From positions 21,142,001 to 21,206,000 of the forward strand of contig NC_082731.1 of NCBI RefSeq assembly GCF_030144855.1: a DNA stretch of 64,000 nt. The letters are read 5' to 3'. The notes under the pieces were generated by a model that saw nothing but the letters and a program-made list of their open reading frames with translations, was not told the origin of the DNA and did no database searches. The DNA is from Hypanus sabinus. Lineage: Eukaryota. The translations under genes and the position numbers were made by a program. Positions 37,298-49,335 of the stretch are shown in pieces (positions within the stretch are counted from its first letter, which is position 1; each line of letters opens with the position of its first letter).

Positions 37298-40129
37298 TTG
37301 TTGGGTGCTGCATTTCAATTACTGTTACAATCACTGAATTTCCTGAGTATGCTCACAAGAAAATTATCTCACGGTATTATACAGTGACTTCTATGTAAGT
37401 TAGCAGTAAATTTCTTAGGTTTTACGTTGAAAGTAAGAACTTCGAACATGGAACATTGTTTTGTGTGACAGAACGAAGATGCCCGATGAATGGCTCCCCA
37501 ATCTAACTGTACTTCATTGATGCAGACTCGGCCGCAACTGGAGCATCAAAAAAAGTTGGTGTCCACGAAAAACAGGCAGGTAATCTACTACCTCATCTGG
37601 AAAGAGTATTTTTCGACCTGATTAGTGATGAGCGAGGATGTGAATGAGAAACCTTAGCACACAGTCCACGAGCAGGGATGAGTGACTGATTCCAGATTTA
37701 TATGCAGTTGCGCATGTCAGTAAAGTCACAGTGAATGCGAACCCTGCAGAAAGCGGAAAATTTGGAAAGCTGGAGAGAAGTTATGCTTAGAGATGTGATT
37801 CGTGGACCATAGCGGAAGTTCCATATACACTGTCTTTTTCACTCTCACGGCAATGAGACGATGGGAAGTGGAGTAAATGGGCGTGAGGGCCGTGTCGATT
37901 TTAGGGGAAAGGAAACACTGTACTTTAAAGAATGGGGACATATAGAGTGTTTCTTTCCCTTTTATTGAAAACAATATTCTGAGAATGGATGCGGAGGTAG
38001 CAGTTTAAAAAAAGTTTACATTTTATCATCTTTTTTACCATTGAATATGTAGGAAGAAATATCGTGAAGAGAGCAGTGAGAGTCAATAAATCTATCAAAT
38101 GTATCAGAACTGTGTGTTGAAGTCGTTGACTTAAATTCCCAGTGAAATATATTGCTGCTTTGTGAGATCAACATATGGTAGGTAGCTCCTGGAATCGATG
38201 TGAAGTTCTGTCTGATCAGAATATTTTCTGAGTACTTGTTTCACCAATGTACGGTCTGTTCTTCCGCCACTCAGTTCAAAATGTTAATCCATAGTTCTTG
38301 ACACTGTGGTAAATTGAGATTTGAGCATGAATGCTCCATGAAATTAAACAGCACAGTAGTCATGAAATTAAATGTTGGTGTGAGCATGCTTAAAACGACC
38401 AACAACCAAAAATATGCAGGAAATATATGAGAAAGTGCGAACTCGCTTGAGCAGGAAACAAGATATTTTAAAACCATTGACGTCTTTAGATATCAGTTAG
38501 AAATTGTTTCCACATTTCTTTTCCAGCTCTGTTTCTTTGTGTGATTTTGCCTTCTATCGAGCTCACATGGAATCTTTGAGAGCTATTTTATTTTTGTTCA
38601 GGGCAGTAGATATTTTAATAATTTCAGGACTTCTGCACCGGAACTTGGCGGAGTTGATCTTGCAAAACGATGCATATGAATATTTTATTGTTATATTATA
38701 GCATCTGTCTTCTCCTCCCTTTATCGATTTACTGTCTCCGATCATAATATAAAAAAAATATTGTGTTGTAGTAAGCACAAAAACGCATGTTTTAGAGCAC
38801 CGCATGTTTACTAAGTTAAATTCAATATAGTCGTACTTTTTCATGTAAGGTATCTTTTCACCACACAACTGTTCCACTGTGTCTCGAAACCCCAGTGTAA
38901 CAGCAAAATAAATAATAAAGCACAATCGGACAAGCTGCAAACTTAAAGAGAATAAGCGTCGTTGCAAGGTAACTACAGTAGATTCGAATATTAGAGTAAT
39001 ATGCTGGTACAGCCTCCGGTATCAAAGCAATATTCTGGATTAGTCTCGATGATTACAGTTCGGTAACAACCTAACTAATGTTACAGGTTCACAGGTTCGA
39101 TTCCTGCGGATGTAAAGTGATATTAGTTCCATTTATTAAGTGTGCATCTTAGTCATGTTTTGCTGGTAGCTTGTACTTTCGTTTCCTAGGACGTCACGTG
39201 GTTTACTGAGAAACCACGACTTCGGTTCTATGAAAGTCACGTGATGACACATTTCCGACGGTGTAAAAAGAGTCGCAGATGCTCGTCAGGGAGCCGCTCA
39301 TCTCAGAGTCGATTTCTGGCAGAACATTGGGAGATCAGATTTAATATAAAAACGTTGAAGCGAGCTGAAACTTCTGGAGCGCAATATTTCTATGTCTCTT
39401 ACTGGTGTCTGTGAAATTAACTTTTCTTTGAATAACTAAGTAATTTATGAGAACAGAGCAGCGTTGTTTATTTCCGTAAACGGCTTTGAGACTTGAAGGA
39501 AGCCATGAGTTTATTATGTGCATTGGCTTCCAATGCACCCTACTCGACAATCGGTAGGAGAAGCAATTCTAGTTCGTCCTGTTATCCTGCACACCACTGA
39601 AAGCAGTAGAATTCCTGTTTTCTGTCTTCTTCGCATATAGTTACAAGATGGTACCTACACACAAACATATACATTGCCGAGTCCAATAAATTGCTCGAGC
39701 TCAGCTGTGTACAGCCTGTTCTGATTCTTCTCTGCATATTACCCAAAATCAAGTACGATGCAAAGCCGGAAGTACAATTGCTCCAGCAGGTGTTTATGTT
39801 ACTTCTAAACTGACCTGAATACCCTCGGGTATAATTACAACCATGCAATAAAAAAAAATACAGGCATCGACCCAAACAAGATAGAAGCTTTGCTGTTTGT
39901 TCTGTTGACTCTGAATTATATTTCTACAAATGATTCAAACATATAACATTGTATTCCTTAACTGCAACATTGTCAAATATCTCTCACGTTGACACATCAC
40001 GCAATATTTACTATTTATTTCATGATTGTCACCCCACTCTGCTGCTAATGCAAATATTACTTACACGCCTGGCTAATAATAACGCAAGCTCTAGGAAATC
40101 TGCAGCTGCTGAAAATTGGAGCAACACAC

Positions 40130-42900
40130 CCTAAATGGTGTTGGAACGTAGCAAGACAGCCAGAATCTACAGGATGAAGTACAGTCGACGTTTGGGGCTG
40201 AGACCGCTCGTCAGGACTCTTCGAAAGAACAGATAGTAAGAGATTTGAAAGTGGGAGAAGGGGCGGGGGGAACCTAAATGACAATTGAAGACAGTAGGGG
40301 GGAGGGATGAGGCTAAGAGCTGGAAAGTGATTCGGAAAAAAGAAACACAGATGGAGAATGGAAAGGCTCATGGGACGGCAGGATTAGGGAGAAAGAAACG
40401 GGTTGGTGAGCACCAGGGGGAGATGGAGAGCAGGCAAGGAATAATTGTGTGTGTGGGGGGGGGGAGGTGTGGAGAAAATGAAAGAGAAATTATAAAAGGG
40501 GAAATAAATAAATAAACCAACAATCAAACATAGATAGAGAAATAGATAAAGGGATGGGTAAGAAGGGGGGCCTCAACGGAAGTTAGAGAAATCAATGTTC
40601 ATGCTATCAGTTTGGAGGCTATCTAGACGGAATATAACTTGTTGCTTCTCCTACCTGAATGTGACTTCATATTGACAGTATAAGAAGCCATGGATAGACA
40701 TATCAGAATAGGAACGGGACGTGAAATTACAGTATTGCCACGGCGAGTTCCAACTTTCCCTGGCGGCAGAGCGTAGATGTTCAGCGAAACGGTCTCCCAT
40801 TCTTCGTCGGGTTTCATCAATACATAGAAGCCGCACTGGCACTGGGGTCACCGCACGCAGTATGCCACACCAACCGACTCACAGGTGAAGTGTCGCCTCA
40901 ACTGGAAGGAGTGTTTGGGATCCTGATTGATGGTGAGGGAAGAAGCGTAAGGGCAAGTGTGGAACTTGCTCCGCTTACAAGTTTAAGTGCCGCGAAGGAG
41001 GTCGTTGGGAAGGGATGGGGGAACTAGTGAACAATGGAGTCACGTAGGGAGCAATCCCTGCGGAAAGCAGAAAGGTGGGGAGGGGGAGGGAAAGATGTGC
41101 TTAGTGGTGGGATATCGTTGGATGTAGTGGAAGTTACGGGGAATTCTATGTTGGACCCGAACGCTGTTGAGGTCGTAGGTGAGGACAAGGGGAACCCTAT
41201 CCATAGTGGGGTGGCGGGTGGATATGGTGACAACAGATGCGTGTGAAATTGGAAAGCTGCGTTTAAGTGCACAGTTGATGGTCGAAGGAAGGGAAGCCCC
41301 TTTCTTTAAAAAAATAAGACATCTACTTCGTCCTGGAATGAAAAGACTCATCTTGATAACAGATGCTGCGGAGACGGAGGAATTTCGAGAATCGGATGGC
41401 ATTTTTGTAAGAGGCAGAGTGGAAAGAGGAATAGGTCAGCTAGCTATGAGAGTCAGAAGGCTTATAGTAGAGATCAATAAATAAGCCTTCTCCAGAGAAA
41501 GAGACAGAAATATCATGAAACGGGAAGGAAGTGTCGGAAATGGGCCAGGTAAATTTGAAGGCATGGTGAAAGTTGCAGGCAAAGTTAATGAAGTCAACGG
41601 GTTCAGCATGCATGCAGGCAGCAGCGCCAATGCAGTCGTCGATGCTGCGAAGGAGAAGTTGGGGACGGATGCCAATATAGGCTTGGAACATGGACTGCTC
41701 CAAAAAGCCAACAAAAAGGCAGTCATAGCTGGGACCCATACGGGTGTCCATGGCCACACCTTTCGTTTGGACGAAGGGGAAGGAGCCAAATGAGAATACT
41801 GAAAAGATGAATTCAGTTAGACGTAGAAGAGTGGTGGCAGAGGGGAACTGGTTAGGTCTGGAATCCAAAAAGAAGCGAAGCGTTTTGAGGCCTTCCTGGT
41901 GGGTGTTGGAGGTATATAGGAACGGGACATTCATGGTAAGAATAAGGCGGTGAGGGCCAGGGAACTTAAAATCATTGAAAAAAACTCAAAGCGTGAGAAG
42001 TGTCATGAACATAGTTGGAAAGGAATTAATCAAGGGGCGATAACATAGTGTCGAGGTGTCAGAAATGAGTGTGGGTCAGAACCAAGCTGACACAATGGGT
42101 CTATCTGGATAGGCAGGTTTGTGGATCTTTGGTAGGAGGTAGAAACTGGATGTGTGAGGTGAGCGAACTATAAAGTTGGTGGTAGTGGATGGGAGATCCC
42201 CAGAGATGCTAATGTTGGTGATGGTGTTGGAGACAAAGGCCTGCTGCTCCTTAGTAGGCCTTCCACTTATCAACGGGGTTTATAGTACGTTTAGAATTGG
42301 TGCGGATGGAATGGAGAGCAGATTGTTCGGAAGGAGTGAGGCTGGAATTGGTACAAGGTGTGGTGAAGTCGAAACGGTTGATAACCTGTCGGCAGTTAGA
42401 AATAAAGTGATCCAGAACAGGCAGAAGATCATAGCGGAGTGTCAATGAAGCGGCAGAGGGCTGGAGACGGGACAAGGCGTCATCGGTGACAGTGACAGTG
42501 TACTTGCCGCAAAAGAGGCCAGAGGACAGAGCCGGCGGAAGAGGCATTCAGCGTCATGCCGTTACAGAGGACAGAGCGCACTTCCTCAGAGAATTGAAGG
42601 TCGGAGAGGATGGTAAAGACCCTGCACGGATGAGAGCTGGGATCAGAGACGGGAGGGTGACTGGTAGCGTCAGTGAAGAGGGGGTGTGGTTGGGGTCAGA
42701 GGAAAATAGAGCCTCTGAGGGCCCAGGAGTGACGATAGGATCGGAGGGGTGTGCAGAGTGGTGGTGGGCAAGGGGAGACGGGAGTCACAGCAGCAGCACG
42801 TGAAGACCCGTTCTGGAGATTAAGGCTGGAGATGCAGTTGGAGTTAGCGCAATCGATTTGAAGTTATCCATTCTCGTTGGAACCCGCATTTTTCGTGCTG
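40130..42900 (-). mobile_element. Penelope-like retroelement (RT + GIY-YIG), decayed
   Basis: PHTSSFYLLPKIHKP; KGVAMDTRMGPSYDCLFVG; MGDRFAEHLRS; hammerhead-like 3' tail. Confidence 0.85.
40183..40218 (-). ncRNA. Degenerate minimal type I hammerhead ribozyme motif
   Basis: Minus strand reads AGTC CTGACGA GCGGTCTCAGCCC CAAAC GTC GACT; the GAAA core is mutated to CAAA. Confidence 0.6.
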
Positions 42901-43432
42901 GAATCCATGTTTTCTTCCATGGTCGTTGGATCGCTCCCGACGCGACTCCCTTGTCCATTCTTCACCGCCATCCCTTCCCACCGGTTTGCTTCCTTATACT
43001 TATCCATCGAAGGAAACACGTGCTACACCTGCCCTTACACTTCTTCCCGCAACACCATTCAGCGGCACAGACAGTCCTTCCAGTTGAGGCGACACTTCAC
43101 CTGTGAGTCGGCTGGTGTGATATACTGCGTCCGGTGTTCCCGCTGCGGCCTTCTGTATATTGGTGAGCCCCCAACGCAGATTGGGAGACCGTTTCTCGGA
43201 ACACCTACGCTCTGTCACCCAGAGAAAGCTGGATCTCCCAGTGGCCAGACATGTTGATTCCACTTTCCATTCCCATTCTGATATGTCTATCCATGGCCTT
43301 TCCTACTGTCAAGGTAAAACCACGCTCGGGTTTGAGGATACTTTATTTCCTGTCCAGGTAGCCTCCAACCTGATGACATGAACATTGATTCCTTTAACTC
43401 CGTTAAAGTTCCCTCCCCTTCTTATCCATCGC

Positions 43433-43433
<1 letters not shown>

Positions 43434-43493
<60 letters not shown>
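43434..43493. repeat. (TATC)15 microsatellite
   Basis: Perfect tetranucleotide run. Confidence 0.97.
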
Positions 43494-43863
43494 AATTTAT
43501 CAGCTATCAATTCGTTCATTAATTTATTTAATTATTTATCTATATATCTACCTACCTGTGTGTTTGTTTATTTATTTATTGATTGATTACTTCCCTTTTT
43601 TTCTTTTCTCGTTTTTTTTTCTCTCTCTGTCCCTTTCACAATTATCCTTGCCTGCCTTTCATTTACCTATGGTGCTGTTCTCCCACATTCCTTCTCCCTA
43701 GGCCTCCCGTCCCAAGATCCCTTCCCTTCTCCAGCTCTGTATCCCTTCTGTAAACAACGTTCCGGTTCTTAGCCTCATACCCCCCCCCCCCCGTCGTCTG
43801 CTATCACTTCGGAACTCCACTCCCGCTTCCACTTTCAAATCTCTTACTATCGCTTCTGTCAGT

Positions 43864-43900
43864 TTGTCCTGATGATGGGTCTTGGCCCGAAACGTGGGAT
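43864..43900 (+). ncRNA. Degenerate minimal type I hammerhead ribozyme motif
   Basis: GTC CTGATGA TGGGTCTTGGCCC GAAAC GTG; core intact but the cleavage triplet is GUG and helix I is disrupted. Confidence 0.6.
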
Positions 43901-44829
43901 CGTACTTCTTCATAGAGATGCTGCCTGGCCTGCTTCGTTTCAACAGCATTTTGTGTGTGTTGGCGAATAAGAAAAGTCAATTGCGTCAACCCTTCCTCGT
44001 GTACTTGGAGAGTTCCTATTTCGTTTAAGTTTATTTTCACAACATCGGTTCTGGTATCCGTTTCTTCTCAGCCTTAAGTGCAACTTTGCCTCACAGGAGT
44101 CTTGTTAAGAATTGGTCTGCCATCAAATACTCAAAGTAATTTCTGGAGATGTACCGTCTGAACCATTATAACTGATTTCATCAGTGTCTGGTGGGGCAAA
44201 TGTATAGTAACAAAAACCAAACAAAATGTAGCACATTTTAAGCTCATCCAGCTTAATCAGTGACACAACACTCCTCAGCTTCCGCAAAAGGCGATGCCTC
44301 GAAAGAACAGCATGTATCACTGAGGACTTCTACCGAACTGCCATCACCGTGGAAATGCCCTCACACACCACTTATCAGGAAAAGGTGATTTCCCCTCTCC
44401 CATCAAATTTTCAAATAGATAATGAGCCCAAAACATTGATTTGCAGTGCAAAGCCGGAAATGCAATAGCTCCAGCAGGTGCTCATGTTTCTTTTACCCAG
44501 ACCTGAATATCCTCGGGCACAGTTACTGACCAAAAAAAAAAATTACAAATCCTGGCGTCAACGCACTCAAGATCTGAGATCTGCTCATTTTCCTGCTGAT
44601 TCCCATTGTTTCAATATTGTCACCGCGCTCTGTCACTCAAGAAAATATTACAGAAACGCCTGGCGAATAATAACACCCAATTGTGCCAACCCTTCGTCGT
44701 GCCCTTGGTAATTTCCTATTTTCATTTATGTTTCTAGTTACTTTAGTGCTTGGATACATTTCTGCCCAGCCTTCAGCACAAATCAGTTTTACTTAACAGG
44801 CTCAAAAACAGACTCTCCATACCTCCTTG

Positions 44830-45360
44830 TGCAACTGTAGCAGAGCTTGTCAATGGAAGACAACCGGGTGTACGAATTGGAAATAACCTCTCATCCTCTT
44901 TGGCGAGCAACCGTGCCGCACGTGAACCATACCCAATTCTCTAATCTTACCATAAGCACGATTCTCTGGCTAGGCACAGCTCCAAAGTCATCTTTAAATT
45001 TGAGGACGACGTAACTATAGTTTGCATAATTTCAGATAGTGACGAACAGGCCTCTTGGGTGCTGTCGTAGCAAGAACCTTCTCAGTAAGACCAACCCTTC
45101 CTTTTGTACTTTAGAAATGGAATCCGTGGGGACACACGCCAATCCTTATCGAGGGATCTGAAGTGTAAAGGATTAACAGATTTGAATACGCGGGTATCGT
45201 CATCTCTCGGATTTTTACTGATCACAATTACAAAAAAAAGACACTACTGCAGCTAAATGTCACAGTAGGCTTGTTGTGAATTCGTCTGCCAGCAATTACT
45301 CACGTTAATTTCCACAATTGGACCGTGGGGCCATTACAACATATCAGTGTCTGGTATGAT
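44830..45360 (+). mobile_element. Rex1/Babar-like LINE RT relic
   Basis: aaatttgaggacgacgtaactatagtttgcataatttcagatagtgacgaa (KFEDDVTIV). Confidence 0.6.
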
Positions 45361-48300
45361 GTGCCAACTGCACAGGAACACAATAAAAACTGCAGAGTGA
45401 AAAACACTTTAAACTCAGCGAGCTTCATTATTTATACAACTTTTCCCAGCATCCAGGAATCTGCAAAAGATGATATCCCGAAAGGAGAGCAGGCATCATT
45501 GAAGACTCCTCCCCAGTCGCCATCACCGAGGATATCTCCTCACAGTAAACTTTTCAGGAACAGGTGGTTCCACTCTGCTGCAGACTTCCGAATGGACATA
45601 AAGCCCAAAACACTCGCTCAGTACCTATCCCTTCCTTCTAACGCCGCCAATTTATTTATCTATTATAGACACCTCTTATTGCAATGGTTTGTAATTCTCA
45701 TGCATTGCAATGAACTGTTGATGCAAGTCAGCGAAGTGCACGTCCGAATGTCAAGCTCAAATATGGGACATGTGCGTAATTTGTTAATATATTTCCGTTA
45801 AACATTGACATTTCAGTCTGATCTCTATTTTCTCAGATTTTTAAATAGATTTGTCCTCCATAAAGTGAAAGAGCAGAATGTTTGAAACAAATCTCAGCAG
45901 GATTTATAATCCTTACACACCGGACAGACAAACTCATCGCTAAATTATGATGCTGGTGCTTTCCTTCGTAACTTATGTCACTCTCCAGTAACCTCTCGAC
46001 ACGCTGTTAGCATTGAATCTATCATCTGTTTCTCCTCAAACAATCTTCATCGTATTGCTGTTGTTGTTTATTTTATTGTTTAAGACCCAAGGAAATTGAA
46101 AACTCATAAATTCCACTGTTACCTGATCATCCAGTAAGAATAGATGGGTGATAGACCGTTCAGTTTCCATTTGTATAATTTACCTCATCTACTGTTCCAA
46201 AATATGTGTTGCATGTACATTGAGAGCAGATACTTACTGGATTTAACCCAACAACTTAGTAAACTCAGGAGAAGCAATCCAGGAGTCTGAGTACATTATG
46301 CGCTGAAGTATATCAACCATTTCTGTTCACTACCTAGAGATGTCACAATGGGCGGTCCACGATTGAAATGGTAGTGAATAATTTCCATGAACCCATAATC
46401 AAAATTATTGGGAGCATATCATTTTGCAGTTCATCCTGTTCTGAGACTCTACTACTGTTAAATGCAGTAATTATAATTGTGCTGTCAAAATAGTTACAAA
46501 TCCATATGTTGAGGCTATAGTCCGTTCCCCGATAGCTTTTTGAATATCTGCTTTGAATTTGAGTAGGGATGTTCGGAGACGCAGCGGCGCAAATAATCCA
46601 ATCTGCTTTGTTTTACTCCCGACTCTACTCAAGTAAATCTGAAATTGTCGAAAGCAGCAGAAGCATTTCTTGATAGAGAGAGATCATACACCATGTTCCT
46701 CCACGTACGATTTGCAGCAGATGCCATCTTAAGGACATTGTTTCCTAATGCTTTCGGTATGTTGGATCACAAAGTAGCTAGTCTAACCGGTAGCTCGCAT
46801 TATGTAATCTCTATTAATGATTTCTGTAAAGTCAACCACCGACTGTTCCATAGAGTCTGGACTTCTCCGTAAATCAAATTATTCTCGAATTTAGTGGAAT
46901 ATATATATTGCTTGTCCTGAAGCAGTACTTCATGGTGTTTCCTTTTGCCTCTAATTTTGCAGTCAGAGTGATATTGTGAATGAAGTGAAATGCAAAAATA
47001 TGCCTTCCCCCTTTAACCTCTCGTGGTTGTACTGCGAGGATCAATTGCATATAACCATAGAAGAAATTTACTCACTAAGAATGCTTAGGCGAGGTGAAAC
47101 ACCAATGAGGTATGTGGGCAACGGCAACACAGTCAAACCTGCGCCGTTCAGTGACCTTATATAAGGGAGGGAATTACAAAAGTTATCTCAGTTTTGACTG
47201 GACTGGCGGACGAGGCCTCAGTCGACTGGAAGACTCTGACAAGCATCTGCTTATTCACTGAGCCTAACACTACCCACATGGAATGCAAACTGAACTGAAG
47301 TACCAGAAATTTAAGAGATTTAATGACAATCTGCGGAAGTATTGCCCTGCATTTATTTCAGGAAATGAAGAAAGGCTATGCCTTTCATTTTTATTTCCAG
47401 GATTGGATTCATCTTTATTTCTTTTTATTACAAAGTGGTTATTTTCCCACTTACCCAAAAATGCTTGATTCAGAACAGAAGGTGTTCATTATTCATGTCA
47501 CGAAATTCTGCCAAATCGAGTGAACAGTCATTAGAAAATTTGCCAGGCGAACATATATTGTCGAAATTCATTGAATGCTCCGGTAAGGTGTATTCTAATC
47601 ATTGACAAAAATATCAATTGAACGGCCAAATACTGAAGGGAACATTTAAAGACATATAAGATAACGAGTCATGAAATGTAAAAATATTCTTTACCTTCAA
47701 GTTAGACATTAGGAATAATGATCAAGCATATTTGATAACTCGATTCCAGTGGCAAAGCGCTGTTTTTAATATTCCTCCGAGTCATACCGTAATCTACAGC
47801 CTGAATATTATGTTGCTTAGAGGCTTATTGTAATTGTTGAAAATGCAAGTACAAATCCTTCCTCAATCAGGACGCTTGGTGCCAACACAGCTCAGGAATA
47901 AGTGACCTAATTTTCTGAGCAAACGCCGTTCACATTGCCAGTTGTACAATGCTCTGTCTTACATCTGTGTACAACACAAGCATACTGCGTCCTGTGCCTT
48001 ATTTGTATGAGGAGAAACTTAAAACTGTCCTTAACCCCGTGAATAGGAATTTCCACTAGTTGTGAGTTTTGAAAAAAGAACTCGGCAAATCCAGTTGCAT
48101 AGCGTTCAGTTATGTCGGAAAAAACTGACACTGGCGATTAAATCGGGAAGTCTCTCGCGTAGTAATAACAAACTACGACATACAGCACAACAATTCAACA
48201 AAATGTGCCTACATGTTTCCCTGAAATCAAAGCCACATGAATGTTTCTAAATTGTTTCATTAAACGATGGTACCTTCAGCATTTTAAAGTATAATCATGA

Positions 48301-48657
48301 TTGGGACACGTGCGATTCTTATGCGAAAGATTGGCCCCTTTTTATTTCAAAGATAATCTTAAGCTGATTCATGTCTGCGTACTGAGGACGGTGCAGCTTC
48401 AGGTATGAATGGCGAAAATTCAGAGTAATTAAGTAACACAGAGGAATTACTTAAGATGAAGTGGTTTTTATGACAGTTATAGCCATCGAGGAGCAAACAC
48501 ATTTATTGCAAATGCCAAGTGGATATGTCAATCGTGAGAGAAACTCACTATGGCATCACTTGAAACCAATGGAAGAAAGCTTTGGGCTTTAGCTGGCATT
48601 TATCTCCACGATGGTTTGTTCGCCCTCTATCGAGTTTTCGATGAAACTGAAAAAGCG

Positions 48658-48696
48658 AGTTTTTGTTTGAGATAATTGTGTTTTTGCAGCACCGTG
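48658..48696 (-). promoter_or_regulatory. RSS of V2 (CACGGTG, 23-bp spacer, ACAAAAACT)
   Basis: caccgtg at 48690-48696, agtttttgt at 48658-48666, spacer 48667-48689. Confidence 0.93.
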
Positions 48697-49166
48697 GGCT
48701 CATCGCGCAGAGGTACGTGGCTGAGTCAGAAATGGTGGCGTTTTTAATCAATAGTTCGGTATATTTTTTACTTTTATCGTAGGAAGCAAAGACTCGGTCG
48801 GTTGCCTGTTCACTTCGGTATACTGTCCCTGCGTTTATCCTAATCAAATTCTGTGGTGGCTCTCTGGGCCGCTGCCTGTACCAGAATACAGGCGGGAGTG
48901 GATTGCTTGTTTGTACAGTACAGTTCAGTGTAATATTACCGTCTTCTTCGAACGTCATTGAATCCACTGACTGTTCCACTGAGTCTTGAACGCTCCAGTC
49001 TAACAGTAAAATAAATCATAGATCATAAGCTCTACTTCAAGCAGCATGGTTACCTAAATACAAAAAAGAACGTACTTAACGAAAAATAAGGTTTATTAGA
49101 GGTAAAGAACTTTTTACCTGGAAGAAACAGAATAACAAGAACTGGGATGATACATTTCTTCATCAT
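48697..49166 (-). CDS. TCR alpha/delta-type V segment V2 (leader exon 49118-49163/49166, intron 49000-49117, V exon 48697-48999), apparently functional
   Basis: Leader (M)MKKCIIPVLVILFLP + G|gtaaaa; acceptor tttactgttAG. Open exon DWSVQDSVEQ...NCTVQ...FWYRQ...SDSATYLCAMS; about 70% aa identity to V1 and V3 by hand count. Confidence 0.93.
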
Positions 49167-49239
49167 CTCTCGGTCTGTGTCTGTCCTCCTGTGTTGCAAA
49201 GTGGAGGCATTGCCAGAACAGAGGTACACATAACTTGGC

Positions 49240-49335
49240 CAAACCGACCAATCACAGCAGGCAACGCACGGTGTTAAATCCCTATTGGCAACAAAAGAAG
49301 GAGCTCAGACACAGTACAGGAAATGAAATTTTGCC
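49240..49335 (-). promoter_or_regulatory. Putative V2 proximal promoter (CCAAT 49248-49252, GGAAATGAAA 49319-49328)
   Basis: GACCAATCA and CAGGAAATGAAA are conserved with V1 and V3. Confidence 0.55.

Larger units (their letters stand above)
42925..43960 (+). mobile_element. Inverted partial 3' copy (pseudo-LTR) of the Penelope-like element
   Basis: TCESAGVIYCVRCSRCGLLYIGE; RRLGDRFSEHLRS; the 3' tail matches the reverse complement of 40130-40320. Confidence 0.85.

Noticed and set aside
37727-37754. Perfect CACAGTG, 12-bp spacer and GCAGAAAGC (6/9 nonamer) in J-like geometry relative to V2/V3
   Set aside because: The adjacent minus-strand sequence has no FGxG motif or J splice donor, and such a match is plausible by chance in 64 kb; at most a cryptic RSS.
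39094-39104. Pol III B-box GGTTCGATTCC
   Set aside because: No cloverleaf or clear A-box; probably a SINE remnant rather than a tRNA gene.
43378-43701. ORFs over microsatellites and N gaps (also 63158-63578, 34810-35249, 36995-37387)
   Set aside because: Artefacts of low-complexity sequence or Ns.
47270-47458. Minus-strand ORF containing FWY
   Set aside because: No upstream Cys at V spacing, no YxC, no RSS.
49267-49273. CACGGTG heptamer-like string in the V2 promoter (also at 57834 in V3)
   Set aside because: No nonamer at 12 or 23 bp; V1 has CAGGTG at the same position.
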